Assembly: GCA_964016885.1 (NCBI GenBank)
Contig: CAXHJY010001449.1
Span: 1 to 64,000, forward strand
Origin: Eledone cirrhosa
Taxonomy: Eukaryota
Reading direction: 5' to 3'
Length of the DNA: 64,000 nt
The position numbers were made by a program, and so were the translations under genes. This document shows positions 34,801-50,781 of the stretch, in pieces. Below the pieces are notes generated by a model, which did not search any database, was not told the DNA's origin, and was given only the letters and a program-made list of their open reading frames with translations. The number at the start of each line of letters is the position of its first letter. Positions within the stretch are counted from its first letter, which is position 1.

Positions 34801-37800
34801 CTACAACCACCACCACTATCACCTCTACCACTGCAACCACACCATCACTGCCACTACAACCACCACCACTATCATCTCTATCACTACAACCACACCATCA
34901 CTGCCACTACAACCACCACCACTATCACCTCTACCACTGCAACCACACCACCACTGCCACTACAACCACCATCACTATCACCTCTACCACTGCAACCACA
35001 CCATCACTGCCACTACAACCACCACCACTATCACCTCTACCACTGCAACCACACCATCACTGCCACTACAACCACCACCACTATCATCTCTATCACTACA
35101 ACCACACCATCACTGCCACTACAACCACCACCACTATCATCTCTACCACTGCAATCACACCACCACTGCCACTACAACCACCACCACTATCATCTCTATC
35201 ACTACAACCACACCATCACTGCCACTACAACCACCATCACTATCACCTCTACCACTGCAACCACACCATCACTGCCACTACAACCACCACCACTATCACC
35301 TCTACCACTACAACCACACCATCACTGCTACTACAACCACCACCACTATCACCTCTACCACTACAACCACACCATCACTGCCACTACAACCACAACCACT
35401 GTCACCTCTACCACTGCAACCACACCACCACTGCCACTACAACCACCACCACTATCACCTCTACCACTACAACCACACCATCACTGCCACTACAACCACA
35501 ACCACTATCACCTCTACCACTGCAACCACACCATCACTGCCACTACAACCACCACCACTATCACCTCTACCACTGCAACCACACCATCACTGCCACTACA
35601 ACCACCACCACTATCACCTCTACCACTACAACCACCACCACTATCACCTCTACCACTGCAACCACACCATCACTGCCACTACAACCACCACCACTATCAC
35701 CTCTACCACTGCAACCACACCATCACTGCCACTACAACCACCACCACTATCACCTCTACCACTGCAACCACACCACCACTGCCACTACAACCACCACCAC
35801 TATCACCTCTACCACTACAACCACACCATCACTGCCACTACAACCACCACCACTATCACCTCTACCACTACAACCACCACCACTATCACCTCTACCACTG
35901 CAACCACACCATCACTGCCACTACAACCACCACCACTATCACCTCTACCACTGCAACCACACCATCACTGCCACTACAACCACCACCACTATCACCTCTA
36001 CCACTGCAACCACACCACCACTGCCACTACAACCACCACCACTATCACCTCTACCACTACAACCACACCATCACTGCCACTACAACCACCACCACTATCA
36101 CCTCTACCACTGCAACCACACCATCACTGCCACTACAACCACCACCACTATCACCTCTACCACTGCAACCACACCATCACTGCCACTACAACCACCACCA
36201 CTATCACCTCTACCACTGCAACCACACCATCACTGCCACTACAACCACCACCACTATCACCTCTACCACTGCAACCACACCATCACTGCCACTACAACCA
36301 CCACCACTATCACCTCTACCACTGCAACCACTACCACCACTGCCACTACAACCACCACCACTATCACCTCTACCACTACAACCACACCACCACTGCCACT
36401 ACAACCACCACCACTATCATCTCTATCACTACAACCACACCACCACTGCCACTACAACCACCATCACTATCACCTCTACCACTGCAACCACACCATCACT
36501 GCCACTACAACCACCACCACTATCACCTCTACCACTGCAACCACACCATCACTGCCACTACAACCACCACCACTATCATCTCTATCACTACAACCACACC
36601 ATCACTGCCACTACAACCACCACCACTATCACCTCTACCACTGCAACCACACCATCACTGCCACTACAACCACCACCACTATCACCTCTACCACTGCAAC
36701 CACACCATCACTGCCACTACAACCACCACCACTATCATCTCTATCACTACAACCACACCATCACTGCCACTACAACCACCACCACTATCATCTCTACCAC
36801 TGCAACCACACCACCACTGCCACTACAACCACACCACCACTGCCACTACAACCACCATCACTATCACCTCTACCACTGCAACCACACCATCACTGCCACT
36901 ACAACCACCACCACTATCACCTCTACCACTGCAACCACACCATCACTGCCACTACAACCACCACCACTATCATCTCTATCACTACAACCACACCATCACT
37001 GCCACTACAACCACCACCACTATCATCTCTACCACTGCAACCACACCATCACTGCCACTACAACCACCACCACTATCACCTCTACCACTGCAACCACACC
37101 ACCACTGCCACTACAACCACCACCACTATCACCTCTACCACTACAACCACACCATCACTGCCACTACAACCACCACCACTATCACCTCTACCACTACAAC
37201 CACCACCACTATCACCTCTATCACTACAACCACACCATCACTGCCACTACAACCACCACCACTATCATCTCTACCACTGCAACCACACCATCACTGCCAC
37301 TACAACCACCACCACTATCACCTCTACCACTGCAACCACACCATCACTGCCACTACAACCACCACCACTATCACCTCTACCACTGCAACCACACCATCAC
37401 TGCCACTACAACCACCACCACTATCACCTCTACCACTGCAACCACACCATCACTGCCACTACAACCACCACCACTATCACCTCTACCACTGCAACCACTA
37501 CCACCACTGCCACTACAACCACCACCACTATCACCTCTACCACTACAACCACACCACCACTGCCACTACAACCACCACCACTATCATCTCTATCACTACA
37601 ACCACACCACCACTGCCACTACAACCACCATCACTATCACCTCTACCACTGCAACCACACCATCACTGCCACTACAACCACCACCACTATCACCTCTACC
37701 ACTGCAACCACACCATCACTGCCACTACAACCACCACCACTATCACCTCTACCACTGCAACCACACCATCACTGCCACTACAACCACCACCACTATCATC

Positions 37801-39745
37801 TCTATCACTACAACCACACCATCACTGCCACTACAACCACCACCACTATCACCTCTACCACTGCAACCACACCATCACTGCCACTACAACCACCACCACT
37901 ATCACCTCTACCACTGCAACCACACCATCACTGCCACTACAACCACCACCACTATCATCTCTATCACTACAACCACACCATCACTGCCACTACAACCACC
38001 ACCACTATCATCTCTACCACTGCAACCACACCACCACTGCCACTACAACCACCATCACTATCACCTCTACCACTGCAACCACACCATCACTGCCACTACA
38101 ACCACCACCACTATCACCTCTACCACTGCAACCACACCATCACTGCCACTACAACCACCACCACTATCATCTCTATCACTACAACCACACCATCACTGCC
38201 ACTACAACCACCACCACTATCATCTCTACCACTACAACCACCACCACTATCACCTCTATCACTACAACCACACCATCACTGCCACTACAACCACCACCAC
38301 TATCATCTCTACCACTGCAACCACACCATCACTGCCACTACAACCACCACCACTATCACCTCTACCACTGCAACCACACCATCACTGCCACTACAACCAC
38401 CACCACTATCACCTCTACCACTGCAACCACACCATCACTGCCACTACAACCACCACCACTATCACCTCTACCACTGCAACCACACCATCACTGCCACTAC
38501 AACCACCACCACTATCACCTCTACCACTGCAACCACTACCACCACTGCCACTACAACCACCACCACTATCACCTCTACCACTACAACCACACCACCACTG
38601 CCACTACAACCACCACCACTATCATCTCTATCACTACAACCACACCACCACTGCCACTACAACCACCATCACTATCACCTCTACCACTGCAACCACACCA
38701 TCACTGCCACTACAACCACCACCACTATCACCTCTACCACTGCAACCACACCATCACTGCCACTACAACCACCACCACTATCACCTCTACCACTGCAACC
38801 ACACCATCACTGCCACTACAACCACCACCACTATCATCTCTATCACTACAACCACACCATCACTGCCACTACAACCACCACCACTATCACCTCTACCACT
38901 GCAACCACACCATCACTGCCACTACAACCACCACCACTATCACCTCTACCACTGCAACCACACCATCACTGCCACTACAATCACCACCACTATCATCTCT
39001 ATCACTACAACCACACCATCACTGCCACTACAACCACCACCACTATCATCTCTACCACTGCAACCACACCACCACTGCCACTACAACCACCATCACTATC
39101 ACCTCTACCACTGCAACCACACCATCACTGCCACTACAACCACCACCACTATCACCTCTACCACTGCAACCACACCATCACTGCCACTACAACCACCACC
39201 ACTATCATCTCTATCACTACAACCACACCATCACTGCCACTACAACCACCACCACTATCATCTCTACCACTGCAACCACACCACCACTGCCACTACAACC
39301 ACCATCACTATCACCTCTACCACTGCAACCACACCATCACTGCCACTACAACCACCACCACTATCACCTCTACCACTGCAACCACACCATCACTGCCACT
39401 ACAACCACCACCACTATCACCTCTACCACTACAACCACAACCACTATCACCTCTACCACTGCAACCACACCACCACTGCCACTACAACCACCACCACTAT
39501 CATCTCTATCACTACAACCACACCATCACTGCCACTACAACCACCACCACTATCATCTCTATCACTACAACCACACCATCACTGCCACTACAACCACCAC
39601 CACTATCACCTCTACCACTGCAACCACACCATCACTGCCACTACAACCACCACCACTATCACCCTACCACTGCAACCACACCATCACTGCCACTACAACC
39701 ACCACCACTATCATCTCTATCACTACAACCACTACCACCACTGCT
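22810..39745. repeat. 53-bp C/A-rich satellite, roughly 310 copies
   Basis: Unit ccactacaaccaccaccactatcacctctaccactgcaaccacaccatcactg, made of 30-bp and 23-bp subunits. Confidence 0.97.
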
Positions 39746-40019
39746 GACTCCATTCTACATATTCCTTATCCTGTTAAGCAGTAGCTATAAATATAATGGT
39801 TTGGAGGGGTGCGTGTGACCAACTGGTGGTGGTGATGGGGAGTATTTTGATAAAAAGTTTTTGGTTGGTCTCAAATGGTGAGGGAGTGGGGAAGGTGTGA
39901 GGAGAGGGAGAGTAGCAATGGTGACATTTTGATTTCACCACCACCACATGTCTTCACCAGTGGCTGCACCAAAGCTGCCAAGAGAGTGGATATCTTTATG
40001 AAGAGATGATGATAATGAT

Positions 40020-40170
40020 AATTTTCTACTTTAGGCACAAGGCCAGCAAATAACCAGTGCATTACTGGTACTTTATTTTATCGACTGCGTAAGGATGAAA
40101 GGCAAAGTTAACCTCAGCGGGATTTGAATGGAAAGGGCCGTAACTCCATGCGTCAAAGCATGGCATCGAT
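40020..40170 (-). mobile_element. tRNA-derived SINE (Meta-domain-like family)
   Basis: Reverse-complement match to 40595-40780. Confidence 0.75.
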
Positions 40171-40593
40171 CCTCTGTGGAATTATTGGTATTATATTTAA
40201 ATGAATAAGTGTATATATATTAAGTGTAATGAGTTCAAATCTCAAGCATTCCTTTACAATGAAAATAGCTCAAAGAAAAGAATATTTCTGAGCCGTGTAA
40301 TAAATATAAATCAATATATATGATGAAACACAGATACCAACATATCTTTGTTTATATTGCAAAAGGAATAAGTTAGCTAGAATGAAATATACTAATTATA
40401 ATATTACAGCCTGCCTACATCGATTTAAAATAATAAATCAACGCAAACAAACAGTATTGGCAAATAGCCATGGTGTTTAGACAAATTTAAATTTCAAAAT
40501 CAAACCTGTTCCGTAGATAAGTTTAAACTTTAAAATCCAAATATGTTTCGAGGTAAATATGTGTAAGGATATCAAGTCCTGCTCTCTTCAATC

Positions 40594-40780
40594 AGGTGGA
40601 TTGGCAGTATCGGTAGAGGGTCGGACGCCATGCTTTCCAGCATAGTTACGTCCCTTTACGATCTGAGTTCAAATCCCGCCGAGGTTGACTTTGCCTTTCA
40701 TCCTTACGGGGTCGATAAAATAAAGTACCAGTAATGCACTGGGTAATTGCTGGCCTTGTGCCTAAAGTAGAAACAATTAT
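40594..40780 (+). mobile_element. Near full-length tRNA-derived SINE (Meta-domain-like family)
   Basis: A-box tggcagtatcgg, B-box gagttcaaatccc, core gcctttcatccttacggggtcgataaaataaagtaccag. Confidence 0.8.
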
Positions 40781-40895
40781 TATGTATACAGTTAAAAGTT
40801 TGTGTCCATTATATATATTAATTACTAAAAACAACGATTGTTGAGAGATTTCTCCTGCTTACTTCTGTTTTTACCAAAACAATTTTTTGGACGTT

Positions 40896-41093
40896 AAGGT
40901 TTTTACCGTGTTACCTACACGGCCATATTACAGCGTGGACTGTGTTTTTTTGTCATGACACCTACACAACCTCATTTATTTAGGACTGGATGTTGTGGTA
41001 CCAACATAACTTTACAGAGAAAGGGGTGGTGTTGATGGGGTGGGTTGGAGGAGTTGGGGTAGTGGGATGGGGGGGTGCCTACTGACTGTAGGC
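40896..41093 (-). mobile_element. Diverged inverted fragment of the RTE 3' UTR
   Basis: Reverse complement aligns to ~45150-45346. Confidence 0.7.
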
Positions 41094-41104
41094 ATACATA
41101 TATG

Positions 41105-41153
<49 letters not shown>

Positions 41154-41156
41154 GTA

Positions 41157-44100
41157 TATGTTAAATACGGGAGTTTTTGTCGTATTGAACAGAACAAATC
41201 TTGTATTTTTGTTTTTTGTTAATCGCTTGTTAAACACGGGGATCGCATACAATCCTAACCTTCCAACAAACCTTAATTCCTTTAATTCCTTAATTCTATC
41301 GTATTCTCAAAACAAAACAAAATCCTTCCCTTCTTCTGCTTCTTATAAATTCCTTTAAATATATTATGCTACTTCGAAAACTCAAAAATCCCGCTTCTAC
41401 CCCCAGATCCCCTCTCTCTACTTCACGAGGGCCTGCGGTCAGCCACCCCAACACCTACATCCATCTCTCTCTCTCTCCCCCTCCCCCTCTCTCTCTCTTA
41501 GCTACATATATATATATAAGATAAAAACTCCCCTTCAAGTTACTCACTTTCGCCAATTCATTTGCTGTCCCTACTACGGTGTATCATGTAATCGTAATGT
41601 ACACATTTTTCTATCAACTCCACGATTCAATTTCGTACCTAGTCCAAACATCCAATCTTGCAAAATCCTAAATGTAGCGAAAGTTTTCCTAAAGCAAATC
41701 TGTATTTTTTGTTATTTATGTTAAATACGGGAGTTTTTGTCGTATTGAACAGAACAAATCTTGTATTTTTGTTTTTTGTTAATCGCTTGTTAAACACGGG
41801 GATCGCATATAATCCTAACCTTTCAGCTAGCTACCCAACACCCCTCCTCATTGTAATTACGTGGACCAATCATAACCCCGAGCCCCCACGCATCACCATT
41901 ATTATTACGCGGACCAATCATAAGCCAGAGGCCTATACTATCGCTTGCCCGGTTGCCTTTCGATATATGATGGATGGATGGATGGACTGCGGAATCCTGG
42001 AGAGTGGAAGAGAGAGAAAAATCTGGACGCTCAGCGAAAATGCCAAAGATAAAGACAAATTCACCTCGTGGACGAGAATGCGAGCACTCCTCTTTGTTTC
42101 GACCGCGGACGGCTAACATAACCCCATCTCCCCCCGCCCCCACCCTCCAAACGCAATCCAAAACTTCAGAGTTGGTACCATAAATGTAGGCACCCTAAAG
42201 GGTCGCGCTAACGAGGTTGTAGAAATGCTTGAACGTAAGGAGGTCGATGTTTGTTGTATTCAAGAGACCAGGTGGAGGGGTGGGTCTGCTAGATTCATTG
42301 AGGGTAAAAAACGATGTTATAAGCTTTTCTGGGTGGGAAACGACGATGGGCTGGGTGGAGTAGGAATCATGGTAGCAGAAAAGTGGGCAGATAAGATAAT
42401 AGACGTAAATAGAGTGAACGACAGAATAATTAAAATACGACTTGTCCTCAATAGAACTACGGTGACAGTAATATCTGCGTACGCACCCCAATCCGGACTG
42501 CCCGGCACTATAAAACACAGATTATATGAGACACTGATGCTCACCACCTCCCAAATAACCGACAGTGACTATATAATTATTGCAGGCGACCTAAATGGTC
42601 ACGTTGGACAACATTGTGATGGCTACGACGAAATCCATGGAGGCTATGGGTTTGGTACTAGAAATGAGGAAGGCTCCAGAATCCTGGAATTCTGTGACGC
42701 AAATAACCTAACTATCTGTAACACTAACTTCAAAAAACGTGACAATCACCTGATCACCTATAGATCCGGGGAACACACAAGCCAGGTAGATTATATCCTT
42801 ACCAGAAGACGTGACAGAGTGTCTGTTGTAAACACTAATTCCCTCCCCCATGAAGAATGCACCTCCCAACATAGACTGATAATTAGCGACCTCATAGTCA
42901 GGACGAGACGTACTCGACAGCAGAAGAGGACTATCCTCAGGAGAAAAATATGGAAGCTAAAGGACCCCACAGCCAGAAATAAATTTCAGAGCATATTACT
43001 TGATGCTTTCGACAGTAAGGAAGAGCATTTAGAGTCGGACAATATAGAGGGACAGTGGGAATTTCTGAAAGCAAACCTGCTGATGGCGACAGACGAAGTC
43101 TGTGGCTGGAGCAGGCCTGTAGGCAGGAGGAGAGTAACATGGTAGTGGAACAGTAAGGTGGAGGGGTCAATTAAGGCCAAAAAGCAGGCTTGGAAAGTAT
43201 GGCGGGATGGGGGAAGTAGAGAAGACTATCAAGTGGCCAGGAGGGAAGCTAGGAGACAAGTGTACTTCGCAAGAAGGGAAGCAGAGGAAAGAAAGTTCAA
43301 GCATGTTCTACAACGCGAGGACCAAAAACGTGGGGTGTTCAGGATTGCTAGGCAATGCGTCAAGGAAAACCGTGATATTGTCGGGGAGAAGTGTGTACTT
43401 AATGATGACGGCGTACTTGCCATCACCGACGCTGATAAGAAGGTAGCTTGGAAGTGTCACTATGAAAGGCTACTAAATGAGGAGAATAAATGGGAGAAAG
43501 ACAGTCTCCCCCACATCGACCCAATAGAGGGACCAGCAGTGTTAGTCGAGGGGAGTATAATAAGTAAGGCAATCAAGGATATGAAGACGGGTAAGGCGGC
43601 TGGGCCTTCGGAAATAGTTGCTGAGATGCTGAAGGCATCTGGCACGGTGGGACACACCATGGTCACCCGCATAGTTAACCAAGTCGTACAGAATGGGGTT
43701 GTTCCGAAGGACTGGCATAGCAGCATCATTGTTCACTGTTATAAGGGTAAAGGAGATGCCCTAGATAGGAGTAACTATAGAGGCATTAAATTAATCGACC
43801 AGGTCATGAAGGTTACGGAAAAAGTAATAGCGCAACTAATCAGAGAGTGAATTGATCTAGATGAAATGCAGTTTGGGTTTGTGTCAGGAAAAAGTACCAC
43901 AGACGCTCTTTTCATTGTACGACAACTACAGGAGAAGTACCTAGCTAAAGGTAAACCCCTCTACTTAGCTTTTGTCGACTTGGAGAAAGCCTTCGACAGA
44001 GTCCCCCGCTCCATTATCTGGTGGGCTCTTAGAAAACTAGGTGTTGACGAATGGCTTGTGAGAGCTATACAAGCCATGTATAAAGAAACAGTGAGCAAGG

Positions 44101-45517
44101 TTAGAATTAACAACGAATATAGTGAAGAGTTTAGCGTAAAAGTTAGCGTCCATCAGGGCTCTGTTCTCAGCCCCTACTATGTATTATTGCCCTTCAGGCT
44201 ATGAATCAATGGCCGAGCTAGAGAAGAAATTCCAAACATAGAAGCACGGCCTAGAATCAAAAGGACTTAAAATTAACCTGGCTAAGACTAAAGTTCTAGT
44301 TTGTAGGAAAGAAAATAAGGCGGCGGTCCCTTCTGGGAAATGGTCATGCTCAGTGTGTAGGAAAGGCGTAGGTAGAAACTCCATTTTATGTCCCAAATGC
44401 AAAGTATGGGTGCATAAAAGATGTAGTGGGATCACAGGTAAGCTAACTAAGAACATAGATTTTACATGTGGCCGGTGCTCTGGTGCAATAAGTAGCAGCA
44501 AGTGCCCACAAAATACTAGCTCTTTCAATTGCGCAGAGGGTTCTATAGAAATAGTGGACAGCTTCCGTTACCTGGGCGATAAAATCAGCAGTGGGGGAGG
44601 GTGCTCTGAAAGTACAGTAGCTAGAGTCAGAACTGGTTGGAAAAAGTTCAGAGAGCTTATACCACTATTAGCTGCTAAAGGGTTCTCCCTAAAAATGAAA
44701 GGCAGGTTGTATGATGCCTGCATACGAACAGCAATGTTGCATGGCAGTGAGACCTGGGCACTGTGTGCAGAGGATATACGCAGACTAGAGAGGAACGAAG
44801 CTTGCATGTTCCGCTGGATGTGTAACAGTAATATACGTGAACGGCAAAGCATAAACGAACTAAGGAAAAAATTAGAAATAAGAGGGATCAGATGTTGTTT
44901 ACTCGAGAGAAGGCTACGTTGGTATGGACACGTGATGCGCATGAAAGCCGATAGCTGTATAACAAAGTGCAGGGCAATAAAGATAGACGGTAGCCACGGA
45001 ATACGCAAACCTAGAAAAACCTGGGACGAGCTGATAAACTCCGACCTCACACACTTACACCTCTCCAAGACAATGTCACTGGACCGAGACCTTTGGCGGT
45101 ACTCAGTAACAGAGAAGACCCGCCTTACCTAAATACATAGTAAAACCTACTACAGCCAGTAGGCATCTCTAACAAAATACAACCCGTTCCAACACCCCCA
45201 CCCCATCCACACCACCCCGTTCTATGTAAAGTTATGTTGGTGCCGCGCCATCCAGGCCGAAACAAATGAGATCGTTTAGGTGTCACGGCAAAAAAACACA
45301 CAGTCCACGCTGTAATGTGGTCGTGTAGGCAACACGGTAAAAACCTCCCAGACCCACACTATAAATGTGGTTGGTGTTAGGAAGGGCATCCCACTGTAGA
45401 AAACCTACCAGACAGTCCTATGCGAGCAAGACAATCACTCTTGCCTCAAGTGGGAATACGCCCGTTCAAACCCATGCAAGCGTGGAACACGGACGTTAAA
45501 CGTTGATGATGATGATG

Positions 45518-45518
<1 letters not shown>
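41157..45518 (+). mobile_element. Near full-length RTE-clade LINE, inactive
   Basis: 5' UTR with repeats, APE-RT ORF, 3' UTR, (gat)n tail; flanked by TA microsatellite on both sides. Confidence 0.88.
42040..45132 (+). pseudogene. RTE APE endonuclease-reverse transcriptase, disrupted
   Basis: GTINVGTL, IQETRW, GDLNGH, DYIL, SQHRL (APE); YKGKGD..NYRGI, QFGF, FVDLEKAFD, HQGSVLSP (RT). Stops at 43143 and 43848; a deletion near 44200 removes YADD. Confidence 0.92.
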
Positions 45519-46931
<1,413 letters not shown>

Positions 46932-46989
46932 ATAAAATATTAAACAAATAATGAACAAACAATTCCTTATATTAAACAAAAAAAAGTTC

Positions 46990-47138
46990 ACTATTTAACG
47001 ATCGTTTCTAGGGTATATATGTGTTATAATTGGTATGCATATTCAACAGATCTATGTACAAAATTATACAAAATTATACAAATTATCAAGATTAAATATA
47101 CATACCTAACACATATATACGCCGTCTTCAGAAATAAT
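46990..47138 (-). ncRNA. Type I hammerhead ribozyme with long stem II in the 3' pLTR
   Basis: Reverse complement of 54059-54207; sense to the ORF. Confidence 0.8.
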
Positions 47139-47699
47139 GAAGTATATTTATTGATAATAACAACAATTCAAAATATCAGTTCAAAATTGACCAATGAAAA
47201 CACAAAGGGTTAAAAGCAGTTCGGTGTGTGTATATACATGTAAAACCCTTACACATATTTTACAATAATGTGTGTATAATTTGTATGCGCATACTAAAAA
47301 GATGGATGCAAACACAAAATTTCAAGGTTAATATCTCTGTAAGCTTAATGCGCTGATAAGATGCGCATTGATACTTATGGAGTCAAGCATATAAATATAT
47401 TTTTTCATACTCACACATATCAGTATAATCACACATACATGCGCGTATATGCATAAATATACACATAACCACGAACATACAAACACACACACTCCCCCAC
47501 TCACATTTATATATGTGGATATAAAATCATAAGCACATAGAAATTAAGTCACTCACATAAAACACTGGCACACACATTTCAAGATCAAGATACAGAAATT
47601 AGGTGGGAGGGGGGGGAGGGGTCAGTATTCAATTGTCTGAGCAGACTGCCTAATATAAATGTATCTATAAATTAAGAAAAATAAAAAAATAAAAACAAT

Positions 47700-47962
47700 A
47701 AAATATAATAAATATAATATAATGTACATACACATACAGATATATATACACATACATACATGTACGCGCACATAGAGATATTTACGCATACACACATACA
47801 CACATACATATACAGTCATACACACACATACACTTACACGAACATACACATACACATATAAAAAGATATATATATACACACACACACACGCGCAACACAT
47901 ACACACATACACATATATATAAAAAATAGATAATAAAGATATATATCCATATATGTATATAT

Positions 47963-48017
<55 letters not shown>

Positions 48018-48106
48018 TATACACATACATACACATACATCTAAATATACATACACATACATACACACATACATGTACATACATGTACATACATATACGC
48101 ACATCG

Positions 48107-48154
<48 letters not shown>

Positions 48155-48488
48155 TCACATAGACATAAAGATACATACACACACAACTTACATACACACG
48201 TATATATATATATATATAGATGTACCTTCATACATAGAATTAGATATATAATCATACATACATATGCACCTACTTATACTCATATAAATAAATACATACG
48301 CTTCCATATATGTGTATATACATAAAAAACAATACCACCTCACCAAACTCAGACATACAAATGAAAATAATAATAAAAAAACGCATATGTATATACATAC
48401 ACACACGCATTAATAGAGATATATATATATACACACATACACACACATATATATATATACATACACACACACATATATACACATACAT

Positions 48489-48533
<45 letters not shown>

Positions 48534-48537
48534 TAGA

Positions 48538-48574
<37 letters not shown>

Positions 48575-49029
48575 ATATATATCAACACACTCATACCACC
48601 ATAAATACACATACAAACACCCACATGTATATATATATATATATATCTATATACACACACGTATACATATATATATACATATATACATATATATATATAT
48701 ATACACACACATAAAAAACAGACATGCACATATATATATATATATATATTTCATTACTCTTATATATACACATATTATATATACATACACAACCTCACTT
48801 ATACACATATACACATAAGTTATATTACAATAATAATAAAGAATAATATACATATATATATATACATATACATATATATATATATATATATATACATACA
48901 TACATACACATACATACATACACATAAATATATACATACATAAATACACACATACGAATAAAGACATATATTCACACATAGACACCTATATATATATATA
49001 TATATATATATCTATATATATATATACAC

Positions 49030-49060
<31 letters not shown>

Positions 49061-49490
49061 CACACACACACACACACACAGACACACATACACACTCACA
49101 TATATATATATATATATATGTGTATGTGAGTGTGCGCACATACACATATATACACACACACATACAAACACACACAAACACATACATATGCATACGTGCA
49201 CACACACACACATATATCACATAGATACGAAGATAAACATATAAATAGAGAGACATACATAAATATACACAACACATATACACATACATACATACACGCA
49301 TATACATATACATACATATATACACATATATATATTCCTATATATACAAGCATACACATACATACACATATATACACATACATACACATATACATACAAC
49401 ACATTCACATACACATACATATATAATACATATATATACATATATATACATACATATGTATGTACAATCATATATACACACACAATCTTA
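47700..49490. repeat. Mixed CA/TA/TACA microsatellite within the PLE 3' region
   Basis: Direct observation. Confidence 0.85.
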
Positions 49491-50781
49491 CATTCATATT
49501 TGCATGCTCATATATGTATTTTTATATTTAGATATAAATACCCAAACCTATATAGACACCTACCTACATATATATTCTTACATAGACGCTTACAAATACA
49601 GATGATAATAGTATGGGGGAAAGGGGGGGTTTGGAGAAGGGGATCAAAGTAAATATATGTTTCAAGAAACATATAATATTTTCCGTATCTTAATTCAATG
49701 TATGTTCTTACATATTTTCAGTGCTAGGAAATACGAAATCTATGCATCTCAAAATAAATAAGTATACCATTAATCATATGTTAACTAAACCAAAGATAGT
49801 CAACATATTGATTTCTAAGGTGTAAATTAGTTAGGTTTATAATATTTGAAGCAGAATTTTGAAGTCAAACAGTAGTAGATTATTAATTACATTATAACTA
49901 AATTAAAGTTAATAACGTTATGGTATCAATATTAGGAGATGAATTTAGTAATAGGGAAAAGAAACCCAAATAAAAATAAAATAAAGTATTACATCGGTAG
50001 TAGCATATAAATTATATGTTAACTAAATTAAAAATTATATATTTATTTCAATAGTATACGTTAATTAGTATATGTTAATTAGGTATACAATACATAAAGC
50101 AGATATTGTATTTCATCAATAGCATAATATAATTATATGCAAATAAAAATCAAAATTAATACGCATACATATACATATACATACACATACACATATACAT
50201 ACATATACACACATATATATATATATATACATATATATACATATATACATATATACACACATAAACATACATACAGATACACATACACAACACACACATA
50301 TACATATACATATACATATACATATCTTTTTCAAAAAATTGCACAGAATATATTAACTAGGTATATATCCAAAACACATCCCATTCTATGATTACATGAC
50401 ATTCTGCAATTCGTCTGTATAAGGATACTAATTTTAAGCAAATTAAAATTAAAGTTTTAGGTTGATTAAAACTAAAACCAAATAATAAATATATTTCCAA
50501 AATGTATATTAATTAGGTCTATAATACTAAAAATTCTTTCTCCGTCATTGGATACATGATATTATTTTGTTATATTTTATCTGTAAACGAATTATAATAA
50601 AAGGTTTAAATAAATTAAAATTAATCTATAAATTAAATTACTAAGTATATATTAGTAATATTTAAAGGTTTTTCACAATTTATGATTACATAATATTTTC
50701 TCATCTGTAATAAAATATTAATTAAATTAAATTTATAGGTTAACTAACATTTAAATTAAATTAATTTCTAGAATAATGTTA

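Noticed and set aside
22810-39745. CRISPR-like or telomeric array
   Set aside because: No unique spacers, no cas genes, and the unit is not TTAGGG/TTAGG-like.
42060-42120. HDV-like ribozyme at the RTE 5' end (cacctcgtgg...ggctaa)
   Set aside because: I could not build P1/P2/P3 pairings, and the segment appears to lie in the ORF N-terminus.
40896-45346. Terminal inverted repeats around the RTE
   Set aside because: The inverted copy is clearly diverged and separated by a microsatellite, so it is more likely an older independent insertion.
47019-47213. Identical 64-aa ORF also at 53984-54178
   Set aside because: Incidental antisense ORF within the duplicated pLTR and ribozyme.
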